Source of the DNA: Balanoglossus misakiensis
Lineage: Eukaryota > Animalia > Hemichordata
Assembly (NCBI GenBank): GCA_040954595.2
Contig: CM082578.2
Coordinates: forward strand, 12,896,520 to 12,960,519
Direction of reading: 5' to 3'
Length of the DNA stretch: 64,000 nt
In this document: piece after piece, positions 1-15,289 of the stretch
How positions within the stretch are numbered: position 1 is the first letter of the stretch
How the letters are laid out: the number at the start of each line of letters is the position of its first letter
Position numbers and translations under genes: made by a program
The notes under the pieces: model-generated
What the model saw: only the letters and a program-made list of their open reading frames with translations
Databases searched by the model: none
Told to the model about the DNA's origin: nothing

Positions 1-3000
1 TGGTTGGATATCAAATTACACATGGAAATCTTTGCAACTACAACCAAAAGTGTAATTATTTTCTATCACGACTCCTCACTTTTAAGGTTGAAATTTTTTA
101 TTTAAAAAGCATGCTACTCAGAAAATGCAGAACTGTTTGCTCCATCAGTAAGAGTAGACTGGGCCCAAGTTGTCATATGACAGTTTCATTGATGTCATTT
201 GAGGTCATTGTGTAAATAAACCTGTTGTACAAAGCTTGTTCTGAAAGATTATCTCAGGCAATGTTAAAAATGCTGTTCAAATTGATCGTCACTGTTGTTG
301 TGAGATGATGCTTGTATGTTTATTTTAGTCAATGGAACACGTTGTGTCACAGGGCATAAGTCAAGAAAGTGTTTAATGCATCCAGACCATGTCGGAATCT
401 AATGATGTGTGAGAGAACGTGATGCAGATTCCAAACAATTTGGTCCCAGAACTTAATTATTTTTTTGAAATGTGAATCACTGTCAGGTGCAGTGACTGTG
501 GCCGAATAGTTAAATTGTGACATAGCGGGATTGAGTTTCGACATGTTGTTGACAAGGCTTGTCAAGGACAGGTGTCGCTCACATACATGTACATGTACGT
601 CAGTGTTTATTAATCATCATGGTCATCACAGACAATCCACGCATTGTTGAAAAGTCTACGTACATGCACCATCAAATTCTCTGCTTATGTTTGTGTATGT
701 ATGTGTGTGTTTTGAGAGAGAGCGTATTCCAATTCCAATTTCCAACATTTTTTATCACAAGAAACTACCCCACTGGCCATCAAGACGTTGCACGCAGCGA
801 CTGCAGTCCCCTTGTCTTTTACTTTGGTGTGCATGCAGTTAATATCAAAATAAGAGTGAGAACGAAAATGAATCCGAGTTTCTTAATTAAAGCATGACTA
901 TAGGTCTCCTCTAATATTGAGATTCCTTTAATCCAGCAATCAATCAGCATATCCAGTGTAAGTAAAATGGACAGTAATAACGTCAACAGCTGCCTGCCTA
1001 GAGTGTTCACCAGATAGTTGGCTGCTGGCCATCCATCGTTTGAGTTCATTTCTTTGTCCAGGGTTTTCGAAGTTAGTATTCTGAAACAAAGTAATGGCTG
1101 TTATTGCTTCTGACACCAGCAGAGAGAGAATCTTGTAGAGGTCACATTTTTTAATGCTGGCAAATATGAATGACATTTGTCTGGCATGGAGGTGGTGACC
1201 TCTTACCTTGGTGTTACTGACCTATAACCCATCAAATACGTACATGGATAATTGAATTCAATTCCGCCTGTTATATGATAACCAATTTTGGTTAGCGGTT
1301 GTGCAGTGTACAGTTACTAAATTCTGTAAATTAGTGTTGATTTTGTTTCTCATCTCCATAGGCCCTGTGTATATGCAGAGGTACACAATGTAGTAGGGGA
1401 GCGTTTTTATTTACATGTACCTGTGAAAATTGTTCCAATGTGGCTCCTGTATGACTTGTACACTGTAGGTAGACGTGTTTTGAGGGATTGTGTACTTGTA
1501 CATGTGTACTGTATAAAGGTTGATGATGGCATGGAGTGTATGCGTAAGACTGGTAGCTAGTCCACTGCTGGGACAGTAAAAGTTTCCCTGGATGACTGGT
1601 GCCTAGAATGTAAACAAGCCAACAGAAACCCTACTGGTGGAGTGCGGCCAATCAGTGGGTAATTAACTGTATGTGCTAAAAGGAGGCAGTGGAAGGGGGG
1701 CTGGTGGTGATATTGACCTCATTTAACCTTTCTCCGGTCTCCAGAGTCAGGAACTGAAATATTTATGTGTGTGTTCAGGCTTCTAGAAGTAACGAATTCC
1801 CCCAATTCTCACAGGTAGTCTTGAAATTTATTTATGTACAAGTGGGGTGAATGGCAGTGGAGGGTCCCCCAGGAGCTGACCTCCCTTCAACTCTTCTGCG
1901 CCGCAAAGTCAATCAATAAACAGAAAATTCAATTTCAGAGTTGCTGCTGCTGGTAGTGGCAACGGCCGCAAAGATATGTTTTTTTCCCCATGTGGTGGTC
2001 ATGGAAATCCATTTGCGGTCAGCGGGCAGGCTGCCAGAAATCCATATTTCCCGCTGTGGGTGGTGTTTCAGCCATCTCATCTCAGCATCACCAGTGTGTG
2101 CAAGTGCCTTTTTGTACATTCTTGTGTTGGCAAGGGTGAAACTTTCAGCATCTTTTTTTTAACCTTGCTTTGTCAATTGGTACCCACTTGAAACACAGCC
2201 ATCAGTACTTTTTTGCATCAGTCGTTAAGGCTGACGATACCGGCTTTGTTTTCATCAATGTGAGCAATAAACCGTACGTCACTGTCTCCAATAAATCGTT
2301 GGTTCACAAATTGACAAACATCCGCTCTTTTCAAAAGTAGTCGGAGACACAAACCAGTGTGTGTGTGACGACATACTGGCCATGATTTCGCGGACCTCCT
2401 GCGTTTGTTGATGGACAACTGTGATGGGTCATCCAGGGTGGCAGGAACTCTGTATGTGACCTGTACATCATGTCAGTATGGTGGTGTTGCATGGGGTCAT
2501 TATCCTGTCTCAGGGCCATGCCCCATCCCCTGGGCATCCCATCTTTGTATGTCACTTGCACTTTTGGTGACTTGTACAAAATTGTCTAGTGTGAAACCCA
2601 TATAGGAAACCTGGTGTGTCCATAGATGCATACCCGATACCTGTACTGAGTTAATGTACAAAAATGTAGTATGTTTGCTGTACCGGTAGGTACATGTACA
2701 TGTATGTAGGACAGACATTTATAGTTGCTGAGGAAGTACTGAAAAGAAGTTATAATTGCATTTCCGAAATCGACCGTGTATCAGGTGGTTATTTTCAGCA
2801 CTCCAACCAAGTTTTTGCCAAAATGGTGGCAAGTTTGCCATTCTTAGAAGAAGAAAAAAAGTTTTATATACTGGGACAAGCAGGAGATGCATGTACATAC
2901 AGAGAATAATTATCATTGCTCTGTTATCACATGTATTATTCACTTGCTTGGATGCCAAGGACTGATGATCATTCGTCTTAGAGAAAGAGAAGCAACTGTC

Positions 3001-6000
3001 TCAGGAGGAAACCATTCCTTGTATTTAAATCATATTAGATAGCTTTTGGGTGGCTTGGGTTAGTGGATTTCTGACGTCCTACTCCTAGTAATCCTCTCTC
3101 AAAATTTATCCCACTGTGTCTTCATGTACATGTACCTGCACTTTAAGTACATTCACTCGATAACTTGGGATGGTTTTGTGTAGTCATGTCTGCCATTCTT
3201 GTCATCATCAGTGGTGGAGACTGTGGGGCTGGAGTAGATCCAAGTAATCTCTTAAAGTCTGCGTGTTTCTCTCAACAATGTAGTTGTGGCGGTCATCTAC
3301 ATTTGTACCAATGCAAAGATGTTATTACTTATGCAGCGTAATTTTTGTTATCATTGCTTCGTGAAACTTCTATAACAAACTTTTGAGTGTTATCGTGCTT
3401 TCCGGGAAGTGCCAGAAATTCAACTGAGAGTGCAGGATAAATTAAGACTCAGAGAAAACAATTACTGGAGAGTGTTTTTTTCCTGCGATATTGATGAGAC
3501 GTGCATCAGCGGAATTGAAGGATCATTGAATTTAACAGCTCTGAAGTTAACATTGTTATCTGCTGCCTCACTGTTTTCATTGATACAGGCACGTTTCTGC
3601 TCTCCCATCCGTCAGTGTTTTTCGCGGAAAAACTTGTCAGGCACGAGTCGACCGCTGGTTGTTTTGACTTCAAAGTGGATTGTGCATTGCTGCAGATGCG
3701 CGAGTTCAGCAGTCACGACACACAGTGGGTTTTGAAAACTTGCCAGGGATGGGCCGACAATTTCCCCCCATCAAAAACACTTCCCCAGGTCTCCCTTAGT
3801 TCCTCATCAAAGGCACGCTTTTGACACTGTCCCGGTAATTGTCACAATTACAATCTTCGTGACACTCCTTTTCATTATCGTAGGACCGACTCCCATGATG
3901 CCGAGTTAACCCTTGGCTCTCCTTTTCATTGGTTGCTTGATTAGAACTGGCACACAGTCGCAAGCGCCGAACAATGGTGGTTGCCGGATCCCTCATTCTT
4001 GGGCATCGTCAAGTCATCACTGTGGCTGCTGCAACGAGGTGTCCAATTTAGCTGCCGTAGAGAACTGAGTTAATAACCAGGCAACCAAGTTGGCTCTATA
4101 GATCCCTTTGCTAACAAGGTGTCTTCATGCTGTTCCCTTTTTTTTCTCCATGAGACATTTCTTTAGATAACACAGTCATGACACAGATTTTTATAAACCT
4201 TGGCAACGAGATTGGAATTCTTTATCAACACGCGACAAAAAGAAGTTGCATGGACAGAGAATACACATCCCAGGGCAGAATTGTTTACCAGTTGAAGAAG
4301 CATGCATATAAATGGAACGCCGTGAATGGGATGCAAGAGCTTTACCTAATCTGTTTTGAGTTCAGTATTTCTTTTGAGCCGACGCGCTGTGTGTACATAT
4401 CAGCTTCAATATCCATCACCGTTTGAAGAGACTTTCTGTGTCAGCTGAGATGATGAAAGCAAGCAATGAAATACGTAGGGGCGGAAGATGAGCAAAGAAA
4501 GTTGGGGGGGGGGGGGTTGGCTCATCGGCATAGAGACAGCAAAGGCTTGCCATGCCATCTTTCAAAGGAGTGGGTATAATGTGTTCCAGAAATTGAGGTG
4601 CTGAAAAATGGAACTAATTTGGTTGAAAGGCAGAATAATGTATTAGCCTTGTTTGACAATGTGAATGTACGTGAGCTCAGCTGCAGCATAAAAAGTAAGA
4701 GGCAGAGTGAAATATGTTGAAGAGATGCACATACTTGAAAATTTCAGCTGAAAACATTGTATCAGTTGTATATTAATGTTTTGTAGCTGGTGGTAGTGGT
4801 GTCAGCAAACTGTTCACAACCACAGGTGCGACAGAGACTTTATGCAACAGAACAGTGTTGCGTCCGTCTCTTTAAAGTGTAATTCATATAAAAACCAATA
4901 AACTGTACATTCCACTCACAACCCTTCATCTTGCAACCAATCTAGCTGTGCATCTGAACAGGCACAGAATAATTACTGCGTAATAACCCTCAGCAGTAAA
5001 TTATAATTAGTGGAGAAAAATGTAACCAGGGTCAAGAGGGTATATTGCATACCAGAGGGGATAGTTATGAAAAGAAGCATCATATGTTTCATGCGATGGC
5101 CAACAAGTGTTTGAAATAGCAGCAGATGGCGCGGGCTAGTTGAAGTGTCGCAGATTCCTCGTTGAAACTTTGGACATTCACCTGTTGCATGTGTCCATAT
5201 CTCTCGCCCATCAGAATTTTTTAAGGACAGCAATTACGAATGTGGGGAAATAAAAACCCTGTCAGCGCTTAACAGCATGGGAGGATGTTATGAAAACCAT
5301 CCTTGGTATAGACGCAAGTATCGGGAACACGTGCACTTGATGCGGCATGCCATGTGGTGGGAGAAGAGAGAGAGAGTCCCACAAGTGGTTATTATTATTC
5401 ACGACCGGCAAAGGGGGTGACGCATCTCTGCTGCAGTTTGCATTTCTCTCAGCTCCCAGAGTTCATTCCGCGGCGTCTTAAACCGACCTGTGATACGTCG
5501 CAGATCCGCATAATTTTTTGTGTCATCAAAACCGTAGCCATTCCTCCTTGAGAGGCAGTAAAAACCCTATATCCCCTATCGCCAAGTGGAATTAAATAGA
5601 TTACCGGCTATTTTTATGGTGAAAGTGTATGTATTTGATTTATCCAACAAAACACTCTGCTGGCATATATCTGGCCTTGATCACAGCAGCCTCAGCAGAG
5701 CTACTGTGACGCAGCCTGTGACGTCAAAGAAAGTGTAATTGATGCGGAGGAAAATATGCTGGATGTGTTTATTGTCCTGATAAACTCCTTGGCTTTTCTT
5801 ATAGCGCCAGATAAAGTAATTTCCCCGAAGGAAATGTTTCCGCCCTGCAAGACCAGCCAGTATAGTGCCAATAGTAAAATCTTGAGTCAATCAAACAAGT
5901 TTTCAGTGCTGTGGCAGAGAAATTCAGACTTGGCTGTTTCCGTCTTCTCTACTGACGCTGCAAGGCATGCATCTGTTATATAAAAACCAGAACACACTCC

Positions 6001-7226
6001 ACTATAAACATATGATAGCATGATAGATAGATCAAAGGATATACACAAAATGCTGTTGAGTCCAGACACAGGGTCATCCATCATCCCATGCGGAAGAAAA
6101 GGTAAAAAAACAAATGAAACGACCTAGAGGTGAAGAGATACCAGTCTGAAAGGTCAGCAGTAGATTAATCATAGCCATATGGTGTGGAAGCAGATAAATG
6201 CTGAAATGCCTCCGTGAATGTCTGGATGTTGGCAGTTAATGATTTATACAGGGGAGATGCATATAGCCTGAAATCTATTTCTCTCCAGAGTTTTAAATCC
6301 ATTTTCACTTCAGTTGCAGGTGACAGCCTAAATGCATAATACTGAATCCAGATTTGTATTGTGTGTCTGGGCTTCTGCTGCTTTAGGATCAGACGTTCCA
6401 ATAATAGCATGTTGCTTTTGCTGATGGAGGGAAATATTCTGGAATCGACAACCCCGCTGTTGTGGACTCATTGTTGCTGTGTTTCATACACATAAACAAG
6501 GCGGTGCTTGTGGGCTTCTCTGCAATGGACGTGTGTTAGTTAGGAGGTCTCAGATTTTGTTGAGTCAGCACTTTGCTCACACTCCTGGAGGTTGTAGGTT
6601 GAGTTGAAACAACTGGTCATTAGGCATGTTTCAGTGAGCAGAATAAGATAAATGGCTCATGCAATGAAATCAATATAACCGAAGTAAGGTCAAAAGTCAG
6701 CGACTTCAATTTGTCACTTTAATTCTTTGGCCTTGTACGTATATAGTCCAACAATCTTGACAAGTGCAGTTCTGCAATCCTGATTCTCGGCCTTCATTCG
6801 CGCCCAACACTTGTCATGGCTGACAGGTGTTGGATGGCACTCAGTTAATCACCTCTCAGAACTACGCAGTGATCGCAGCGATCCAGTTTCAGACGCGGTG
6901 ATTACCAAGAGAGAGCGCATCTCTCATTTTCCAGGGCTTTCACCCCCATATTGCTTGTTTGTAAATGCAGCACATGCACAGCACTGCTCGGTAGCCATGC
7001 ATGCAGTAAGAAATCAATTACTTTCAGCGAGAGACAGCCAATGCTGGAGGGGCAAACCCGCCCTCAGAGTGCTACTGTGCTGGGATTGCCAAGAGTGTGT
7101 ATACAAAGCTATTTGAGAATGTTGAGACAAAGCATTGATTGAAATTCTTGATGGATGCTCATGGTAATAACTTCACAAATAAATCAATAAATAGCATACT
7201 ATTAGTTTAATTTAATTAATCTAATA

Positions 7227-7298
7227 ATGAACGAATGCATGAACGAACGAACTAATGAATGAATGAATGAATGAATGAATGAATGAATGAATGAATGA
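7227..7298. repeat. (GAAT)n/(GAAC)n microsatellite
   Basis: Visible tetranucleotide array with a degenerate 5' part. Confidence 0.9.
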
Positions 7299-9535
7299 GA
7301 ATTAATTCATTTGACAATTTTAGCAATATACATTTTGTATTCTTTAAACCTTATTGAAAAACAAAACCTCGTTTAATGTTCAGAATATGATTGACATTGT
7401 GTTAATTGGATCAAGTTGTTGAATGCCAACTGACCAGGGGCTAATGGCAATCACAGCAACAGTTAACATATTGGCACTTTTAGGACATGTGTTGCCACCA
7501 TCAAAGTCTCTTTTCACAGCTGATACCATGTGTAAACAACCCATTTTGCACTTCTATGTATGTGCGTGTCAAGATTGTGGGCTAAGTGTTGCATTAGAAC
7601 TGCCCTATCAAGTGAAATTACTGTGAATTATGACTCCCAAAGTTGCCGTGAAAGAATTTAATATGTATCTGGTTCAGGTTAATGCTTTATTATGGTTGAA
7701 AAACTGGCAGATCAGTTTCTGCTGCCATTGTCCTGGCTCACTGTCAAAAAACTGGTAAATCTTGCTTGGTTTCAGAAGGCCTCACAATAAAAAGAAAATA
7801 TGATCAGCAGATTGGAATTAGTTTTTTCCTGATGAATTGTTCAACACATGTGTATAAATTCATAAGCCTTGCATTTCAATGTTATATCATCAAAAAATTG
7901 ATGACAAAATATAATATTTTGTGACTTGTTTTTATTGTACAAACCAAGCAGTTGTTAAATATTTATGACGCTTTCAATCAACATTGCAATCAATATGTAA
8001 TCTGCCAAGCCCACACGCCATCAGTGTAAACCCCACAACCATTGTAACATTGTCATACCTTACAAAATGTTTATAAATCTGTGATATTTGCGAAACCATA
8101 GGGGTTTATGGTTTGTGTTATCTTTCAATAAAACACTGAGTTTCTTTGGTGTTTGCATGACGTGCAGAGAAGCCTAACACAACTGTGCTCAAATATAAAA
8201 TCAACACGTATGTGTAAGATCTTCTACTTGAAAGAAGAAAGCCTTAATTTTAGACTGCTGGTTAACCCAAATTTCACCACCATGGTTTTTGTGAGCAAAT
8301 ATACGGAGACATGCCCAACTATTATTTGTTGTTAGAAATGACACCAAAGTCTCAACATCTTTTATGCATGTGAAACTGGAGCTCTAACAACCCAATGTCC
8401 ACACCAAACAGTGCTATGGAAAGGAATTATGGGGACACTGTTTTCCTGACTTAAACACCAAGCTCCTGTTGGGATAGACTCTGTGTCTCCAGTATTGCTG
8501 GTGGAAATTTCAAGATATCTGGTTCGTGCAGGGCCACAACGGAATACCGGTCGTCTGGGAATACGTGAATATTCGTCAAAAATTACCTGCAGAGAATGTC
8601 TGGAGTGGAAATGATTTCAAAAGCTGAGGATTTAGTGTAGACCTGCATTTTAACTGAACCTGAAATGGTGACATTTTATACCACAGTAAATTTTGTATGG
8701 ATTTGCCATTCTTAGATGTACCGTGACCAGTCAGAACAGAAGTGCATTTACTTAAAACTAATGTGACGCAGTTCACCAGGTCTCAGTTAAGATAATATAT
8801 CTCCCGTCTCTGATGTGGTCAATTCAAATTGCGCATGTCGTACAGCATAGCCTTCATATTAAATTTGATTTGATTGCGATTACGCTTCAGATTATATTAA
8901 ATTTAATTCTGATTTATGCTTTCCGACAGGGCTCCCCAGAAGCTCTCTGTTCTCTTTGCAGTTTGTGTTTCAAACACTGTGTCCACATCAAACTTGTACA
9001 TTTGCCCCTCTAAGCAGCTGCATCATGGAAAATATGGTATTTCTCCCCCAAATATTACATGCCGTTTATTGTGATATCTGTGTATGGTTTGAATAGATCC
9101 CTGTGTGTGATAAACTCACAATAGCGTTTTAAACCACATGTATATCTGACATAAATTCTTTCCAAAAGCTTTGCCATACTGTGTACTGACAAAAATTTAA
9201 CATTGTTTTTTTTTTATTGACTGCTTTTGATATTTGACAGCCGACTTTTCCTAAGCCGCTTAATATTTCTTTTCAGGGATGGATTTTGCTATACAAGTAA
9301 TCACATTTTTTACTGTAGCCATTAAAGCAACACTGTTCTTAAAAATATTCCAGCAGGAAGATGTTGGACAGAGTGTTTCCGCAGCTTCCTATAAACAAGC
9401 CTATTATGTTCTAAAATAGCCCTAATTTGAGTCTTTTTTCCTCTGCTGGCGGAAGCCGGTGAAACATGGCCATTTCGAAACAATAAATTGCCCGTTCTTG
9501 CTTTGCCGTAGCACAAAAATAACCTTCTAGATATG

Positions 9536-9608
9536 GTTACCATGGCGACATTGAGGTAGTATAGCCATGGCAAAGATTGATGCCCACAGAGCATGTTGCC
9601 ATGGAGAC
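9536..9608. promoter_or_regulatory. Cluster of RFX X-box motifs in the region upstream of the first visible CaMKI exon (presumed intron)
   Basis: GTTACCATGGCGAC (9536-9549), ATAGCCATGGCAAA (9561-9574), GTTGCCATGGAGAC (9595-9608). Confidence 0.55.
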
Positions 9609-12174
9609 AGTGTGAGGTATACGGGATAAAAAATATACCTTTCAAGTTGTACAAAGGAAAACCTCGGGAGTTGGTCCTTAAAACAACACTGAAGTCAGAG
9701 ATAAAGAGCAACAGAAGGCTTCTGTTTATTGTTTGACAGGAAATTTCATTTTAACGAAACAAAACTGGACCTGATACCTGTCAAGAAAAGCACTAATATT
9801 TTAAATTTAAACAGATCCATCACATTTTTATTTTTCACTTTTGAGACTATCTTGATTTCACATTAGCACAATTAAAATTGCATATTTGATGCGTTTTATA
9901 CCGAGCGGTCCTGAAATTGAAAATTTGCTGCAGAAGAAGACATATTATTATCAATTAAATACCTTCATCCTATCTCCTATCTAGTACATGCTTCACCGAG
10001 ATACAAAAGAAATATTAAGTTATATTAGATGGAGAAGGGGGGGGGGAGGGGAAGACGCACAAAATAAACAGAATCACTCTTTTCACAAGTTTCCTCGACT
10101 GAAAGGTTTTCATCATCAGAAAGTATTCTATAAGGAAATCAGTTGGGCCAGCTGTATCATGTCCGTCTGTGGTAGCTAACAATGGGAAAAGGTTAGAAGG
10201 TGATACGGGTTTATGTAAGTAGCAGATTAATAACGCCCACGCCGGGAACTGCCGGGTTTGATCAAAGGCAACTGTTCACCTTGCTGGTAAAGAAAATCAA
10301 ATGACATCCCTTATGTGGATTCAATTAATGGAGGCCTTACACATGGTATATCATACATACAGCGTTGCAGCTGGCATGGCTCTCAATTTTTTTTCTGTGG
10401 ACTAATCATTTCCAGTTGGCATAACCAATACTGTTCACTCCATGCAAAAAAGACTGTGGATTCAAACTTCGTATGAAGTGTATTTTCTGTTCAACACGTA
10501 CATCTTAGGCACTTTATTTTTGCCAGGAGTTGCCAGGAGTTTTCTTATAAATGCCTGTATATTTAGCCTCCCTTAGGGAAGAAGTCTTATGGAGTTCTAT
10601 AGCCAACATAAGTTTTATAGACATTGGACCCATGGCCATGTTAACGTTCTATTAAACTTCTACATGGGACAACAGTGTGGGCAAATTGTTGCCGTTGTCA
10701 CATTGGACAATGATGTGCCCATCTTTCAAGTCTTTGGCTGTTAACGCATAGTTTTACATTTCCCACCATTTCTTGAAATGAACATGAATGGATTGTTCAC
10801 CATTTAATTGTGGCATTTCAAGTCTTCTGGGGAAGAAGAAGCAAGAAAATTAAGTGAAAAGAAACCCAAGAAGTCACTGATCACTGTCAAAGGTTTCTAG
10901 AAGAATTGCAATCTTAATTGGCATGGGGGCTCGAAAAAGAATTCAAATCTCCGTGTAAATTTCACTTGCCAGGTTCGCCCAGATCTTTCCTGGAATCTCC
11001 GTCAATTAGTGAAGGGGAGTTGAATATCACCACTGCCTGAAGAGCGTTGTGTACCTTTGGAGCTTGAGTTTGCTCTCAGGTGTGCCACATGGAGATAATA
11101 GTCTCAGTGTATATACGGTCTGGACAGGATTAGGCCAGACACCATCTGTGTGACAAGTGCATCTAAGATCATATCCATTTTATCCTCATGTCAATTGCCA
11201 ATGCATTTAATTAGTGGAAAATATCATTGTGGAGGAGCGATTTAGGCCAAGTCAGGATTAGATGTCTTTTGTGGAAAATGGACATTAAAGGAAACTCCTG
11301 TACTTAGGAGGTCTTCATCCTTCATCAGCAAAATCAGTGCATTCACATTGGATCAGGAGAAAATCCTCTTTGCTGTGATTGAAGAGATCTCAGCCTCTCT
11401 CAGCATACAAGCCTCGGATTATTTGAAATCAGCTGATTAATACTGATGCAAGGAAATTTAATTACCTTTATGGCCACTGTGATTTTCCGGCAAAATTGCC
11501 TGCTGAGATTGTGCTAGTGGGCATGTTTAATTTTAGTATTGTGCTGCAATGAAAGGAGATTTGAGGCAAGTAGTCGCAGAGGAAAAAAATATATCCCGGG
11601 TGTGAATGGATCATAGAGTTGCTCAAAGAAATCTCCCAATTTTCCTAGCCATGTAGGACTTATATACAGACATTGGTATTCCTACATTGCCAGCTATTTG
11701 CCTATATCGTTTCAGTGGTTTTAATCTATATTTAAGCTATGATATATGTACTTCATTTGCTATTCCGTAAAACATTGTAAAAATAGTATCATATTCCAAT
11801 GGTCTGTTGGTTTTGCAAGTGATATTGCTTGTAACGCAATCATATTATTGAGCATCATGAGTTTGGGGCCATGTTTCTCAACACGGCTTAGAATTGACAG
11901 TGTAGTACAGTTATTATCTTCAAGGTTTGTCTGTCTTTCAATTATCGCAGCTGTTGATTTCCAGCAGAACAAGTAGGGGTTCCTCAGGAAATTGCTTATT
12001 CTTGTAAATGACCGTTGATTAGATGTACCACTCCCAAGGAGAGATGCGCGTCATTTGCACCACATCAAGCGTGCAATTTACTGTCACTGCAAACGACTTT
12101 GCTATCAACTTCCTCAGGATAGTAGTGTTTCCATTAAAGATTCTGTTCCTGTTTTTAGCCACGATGTATAGTGA

Positions 12175-12651
<477 letters not shown>

Positions 12652-13644
12652 TGAAACAAGCCATCATTAGCAGATACTTCATGTCAGCCGAACGTAGGCG
12701 GAACGTGACCCTCAAAAATTCACACTCCTATGAAAGCAGATCTCACAGGGTGTGATTTTCTGCAGAATCCCCCCAAAGGTGTGTTTCCTGTGAGTGGTAG
12801 CACAACAACCTTCTTGAGATCGATGCTGTGAACAGTTCTCATGAATTATAAAGTCTGGCTTTTGATATTTGGTGCAACAGATTCTTGTGACAGAACATGC
12901 ATGGCCAATGACAGACTGGTTTCGTGTGGGCGTTTTGAAAGATTCAGTGGTCAATCAATTATGCGCGTTGAGTTTATGGAAGTGAAAGCAGATGTTTACC
13001 ACTGTGGAATAGACCATTTTTCTGAACTACACATCAAGTCCCTGCGAGATTTCGCGTAGCATGTATGGAAGGACATTTTCATGTGACACAGGACAAACCA
13101 CACATGGGTCATCATGTTAATGCCAAAAAGTTACAATTTTGGTTAAACTCCCCACCTAAATTTGTGTGGTACAAAGTTTGATTTGTATTACTTGGCTGGC
13201 AACCTGTTGCTACAGTAATTAACCGAGTCTTGCAAGATCTAGTAAAGAGCAGAAACTCGTCCATTGAAATGCTATCATTAGTGTACATTTTCTTCTGGAA
13301 ATGGTAGTGCCAACTCTTTGGTGAGCACTTCAAGTGTGAAGACTGACTGCATCTACATATCAATAATATCAATCAACACCCTCTTGGTATATCCTTCGTT
13401 TTCGATCCCACGCCCACCCTCACAGCTGCAATTACTGTCATTGTTTTAAGAGCAAGGTTCAAACTACACTCACGGGGAAACTAGGTGAAAGTGTGAGCGT
13501 GCATGTAACGAAAGTTGAGATCCAGCGAGTCACAGATATTTTCCTTGGGTGGCCATGCATCACTGCATGATCATTGGATGATTTGACACACCTTTTTAAC
13601 CATATATGGGCATATGTAAAGTAGAAGTGATTGTACGGTAGTAC

Positions 13645-13705
13645 TTAACCCTTTCACCACCATTGTTTTGCCCAATCCCGTCGTTTTCAATGGCAAAGTT
13701 GGACC
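13645..13705. mobile_element. Truncated copy of the TTAA/CCCTTTCACCACCA MITE family
   Basis: TTAACCCTTTCACCACCAT matches the TIR of the 50125-50197 element; no partner TIR seen. Confidence 0.55.
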
Positions 13706-14148
13706 CCCCCCCCTCCCCCTTAATTGATATGGAATTATGAGATACCCTGTCCGTGATGGAGAATCCCCTAAAAATGTCTAATACAATTTTATGCCCAGTC
13801 TAGCTACTGTGAACTTGTTCATTTTTGTCAGTTAAGGGAAAGTTCATGTGGGAGGGGTACTAAATACCTGTGGTATTTATCATAGTGGATTTTGAAAGTG
13901 TCCATCAATCTTTTTACCCAAATAAATGGGAAGAGCATGTGAGTCTGATTTGTTCATTACATATAGATATTCCATCTCAATTCAGGCATGTCAGAGGCTG
14001 TAAATAACCATGAGTTTATAGAACCAGCTAATGCCTCATCCATTGATTTGTGCTCCTTGTCCAAATCATTTTGCTGTTTATGTAGGATGGAATCATTAGG
14101 TTGTGACACACATCTCCAGACATCTCCAACTCATTTTATTTTATTTAA

Positions 14149-14373
<225 letters not shown>

Positions 14374-14903
14374 TAAGTATGTCTCTTTTCGGAGAACGCG
14401 TCATTGAGTTTAACGTAGCCTTCATCACGAACAGGAAAGACGAATGGTTGGGTGTCTGAGTGGAAATTTTTTTGGAGAATAATGAACATACTCCGAGTCA
14501 GGAAGGCCAGGAAGGGAATTGTTGTAACCATAGTAACAGGTTCATGAACACAATTATAATGACCCTCAAGCAGAACACACTTCATGTAGCTCGCAGTATT
14601 TGTGAATGAAAGTATATGATGTGGTTTAATTGATATACCCGGTACACTGTTCCACAGCTTGTGTAAAAAGAGTTTTCGGACACTGTGCAGTGCTCCTGTC
14701 GTTTTTCGAAAAGAGTTATCCAACCTTGCCCCAGAATCTTTTCGAAAAGAGTTAGCAGACACTGCTCCAGCAGATTGTTAGACTAATTTGTCCTTGCACC
14801 GCAGTCCACTTTATGGTAGATCACTCTGTACAGAAATCAGGTGATCAGTGTGGTCAAAGATAATGACTCTCACGTTATGCAAAATATTGATGCCAAGTGT
14901 TGA

Positions 14904-15289
14904 AAATCACAGCTATCCAAAAGATTCTAATGGAACTCTCTAAAAACATCTCCACCATAAATAAAATCCATGGTTTATTTTCTTCCAACATGTGCAGGAC
15001 ATTAATTCGTCTCTTTAAGTGAACAGATTTCAACGCAAGTGTCTTCAATCCATCACTTCCAGTCTCATTAATGCCAAGTTCAGCTAGGATACACATTACC
15101 TAAAGAAATCACCGCTATCCAAATGATTCTAATGATCTATGAAAGTCTGTAAAAACATCTCTGCATAATGAAATCCAAGGTTTATTTATTTGTTAACATG
15201 TGCCGCACATTAATATGTCTCTTTAACTCAACACATTTCAGCACGAGTGTCTTTAATCCCTTACTTCGACTCTGATCAGTAATGCCAAG
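14904..15289. repeat. Diverged tandem duplication of an approximately 200-bp unit
   Basis: Two colinear copies starting near 14904 and 15106 share GCTATCCAAA-GATTCTAATG, TAAAAACATCTC, AACATGTGC, GTCTCTTTAA and TAATGCCAAG. Confidence 0.8.

Noticed and set aside
3796-3996. 66-aa minus-strand ORF with a repeated NEKE peptide and an upstream acceptor-like site
   Set aside because: No recognisable homology, partner exons or coding bias; the 12-nt repeat is compatible with chance or local duplication
4504-4516. Long G or C homopolymer runs here and near 10017, 13705, 26895, 48674, 52616, 53857 and 63515
   Set aside because: Simple mononucleotide runs of uncertain length with no evidence of function
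9552-9573. TGAGGTAGTA, identical to the first 10 nt of let-7
   Set aside because: The rest does not match let-7 and there is no star arm; local pairing comes from the palindromic X-boxes
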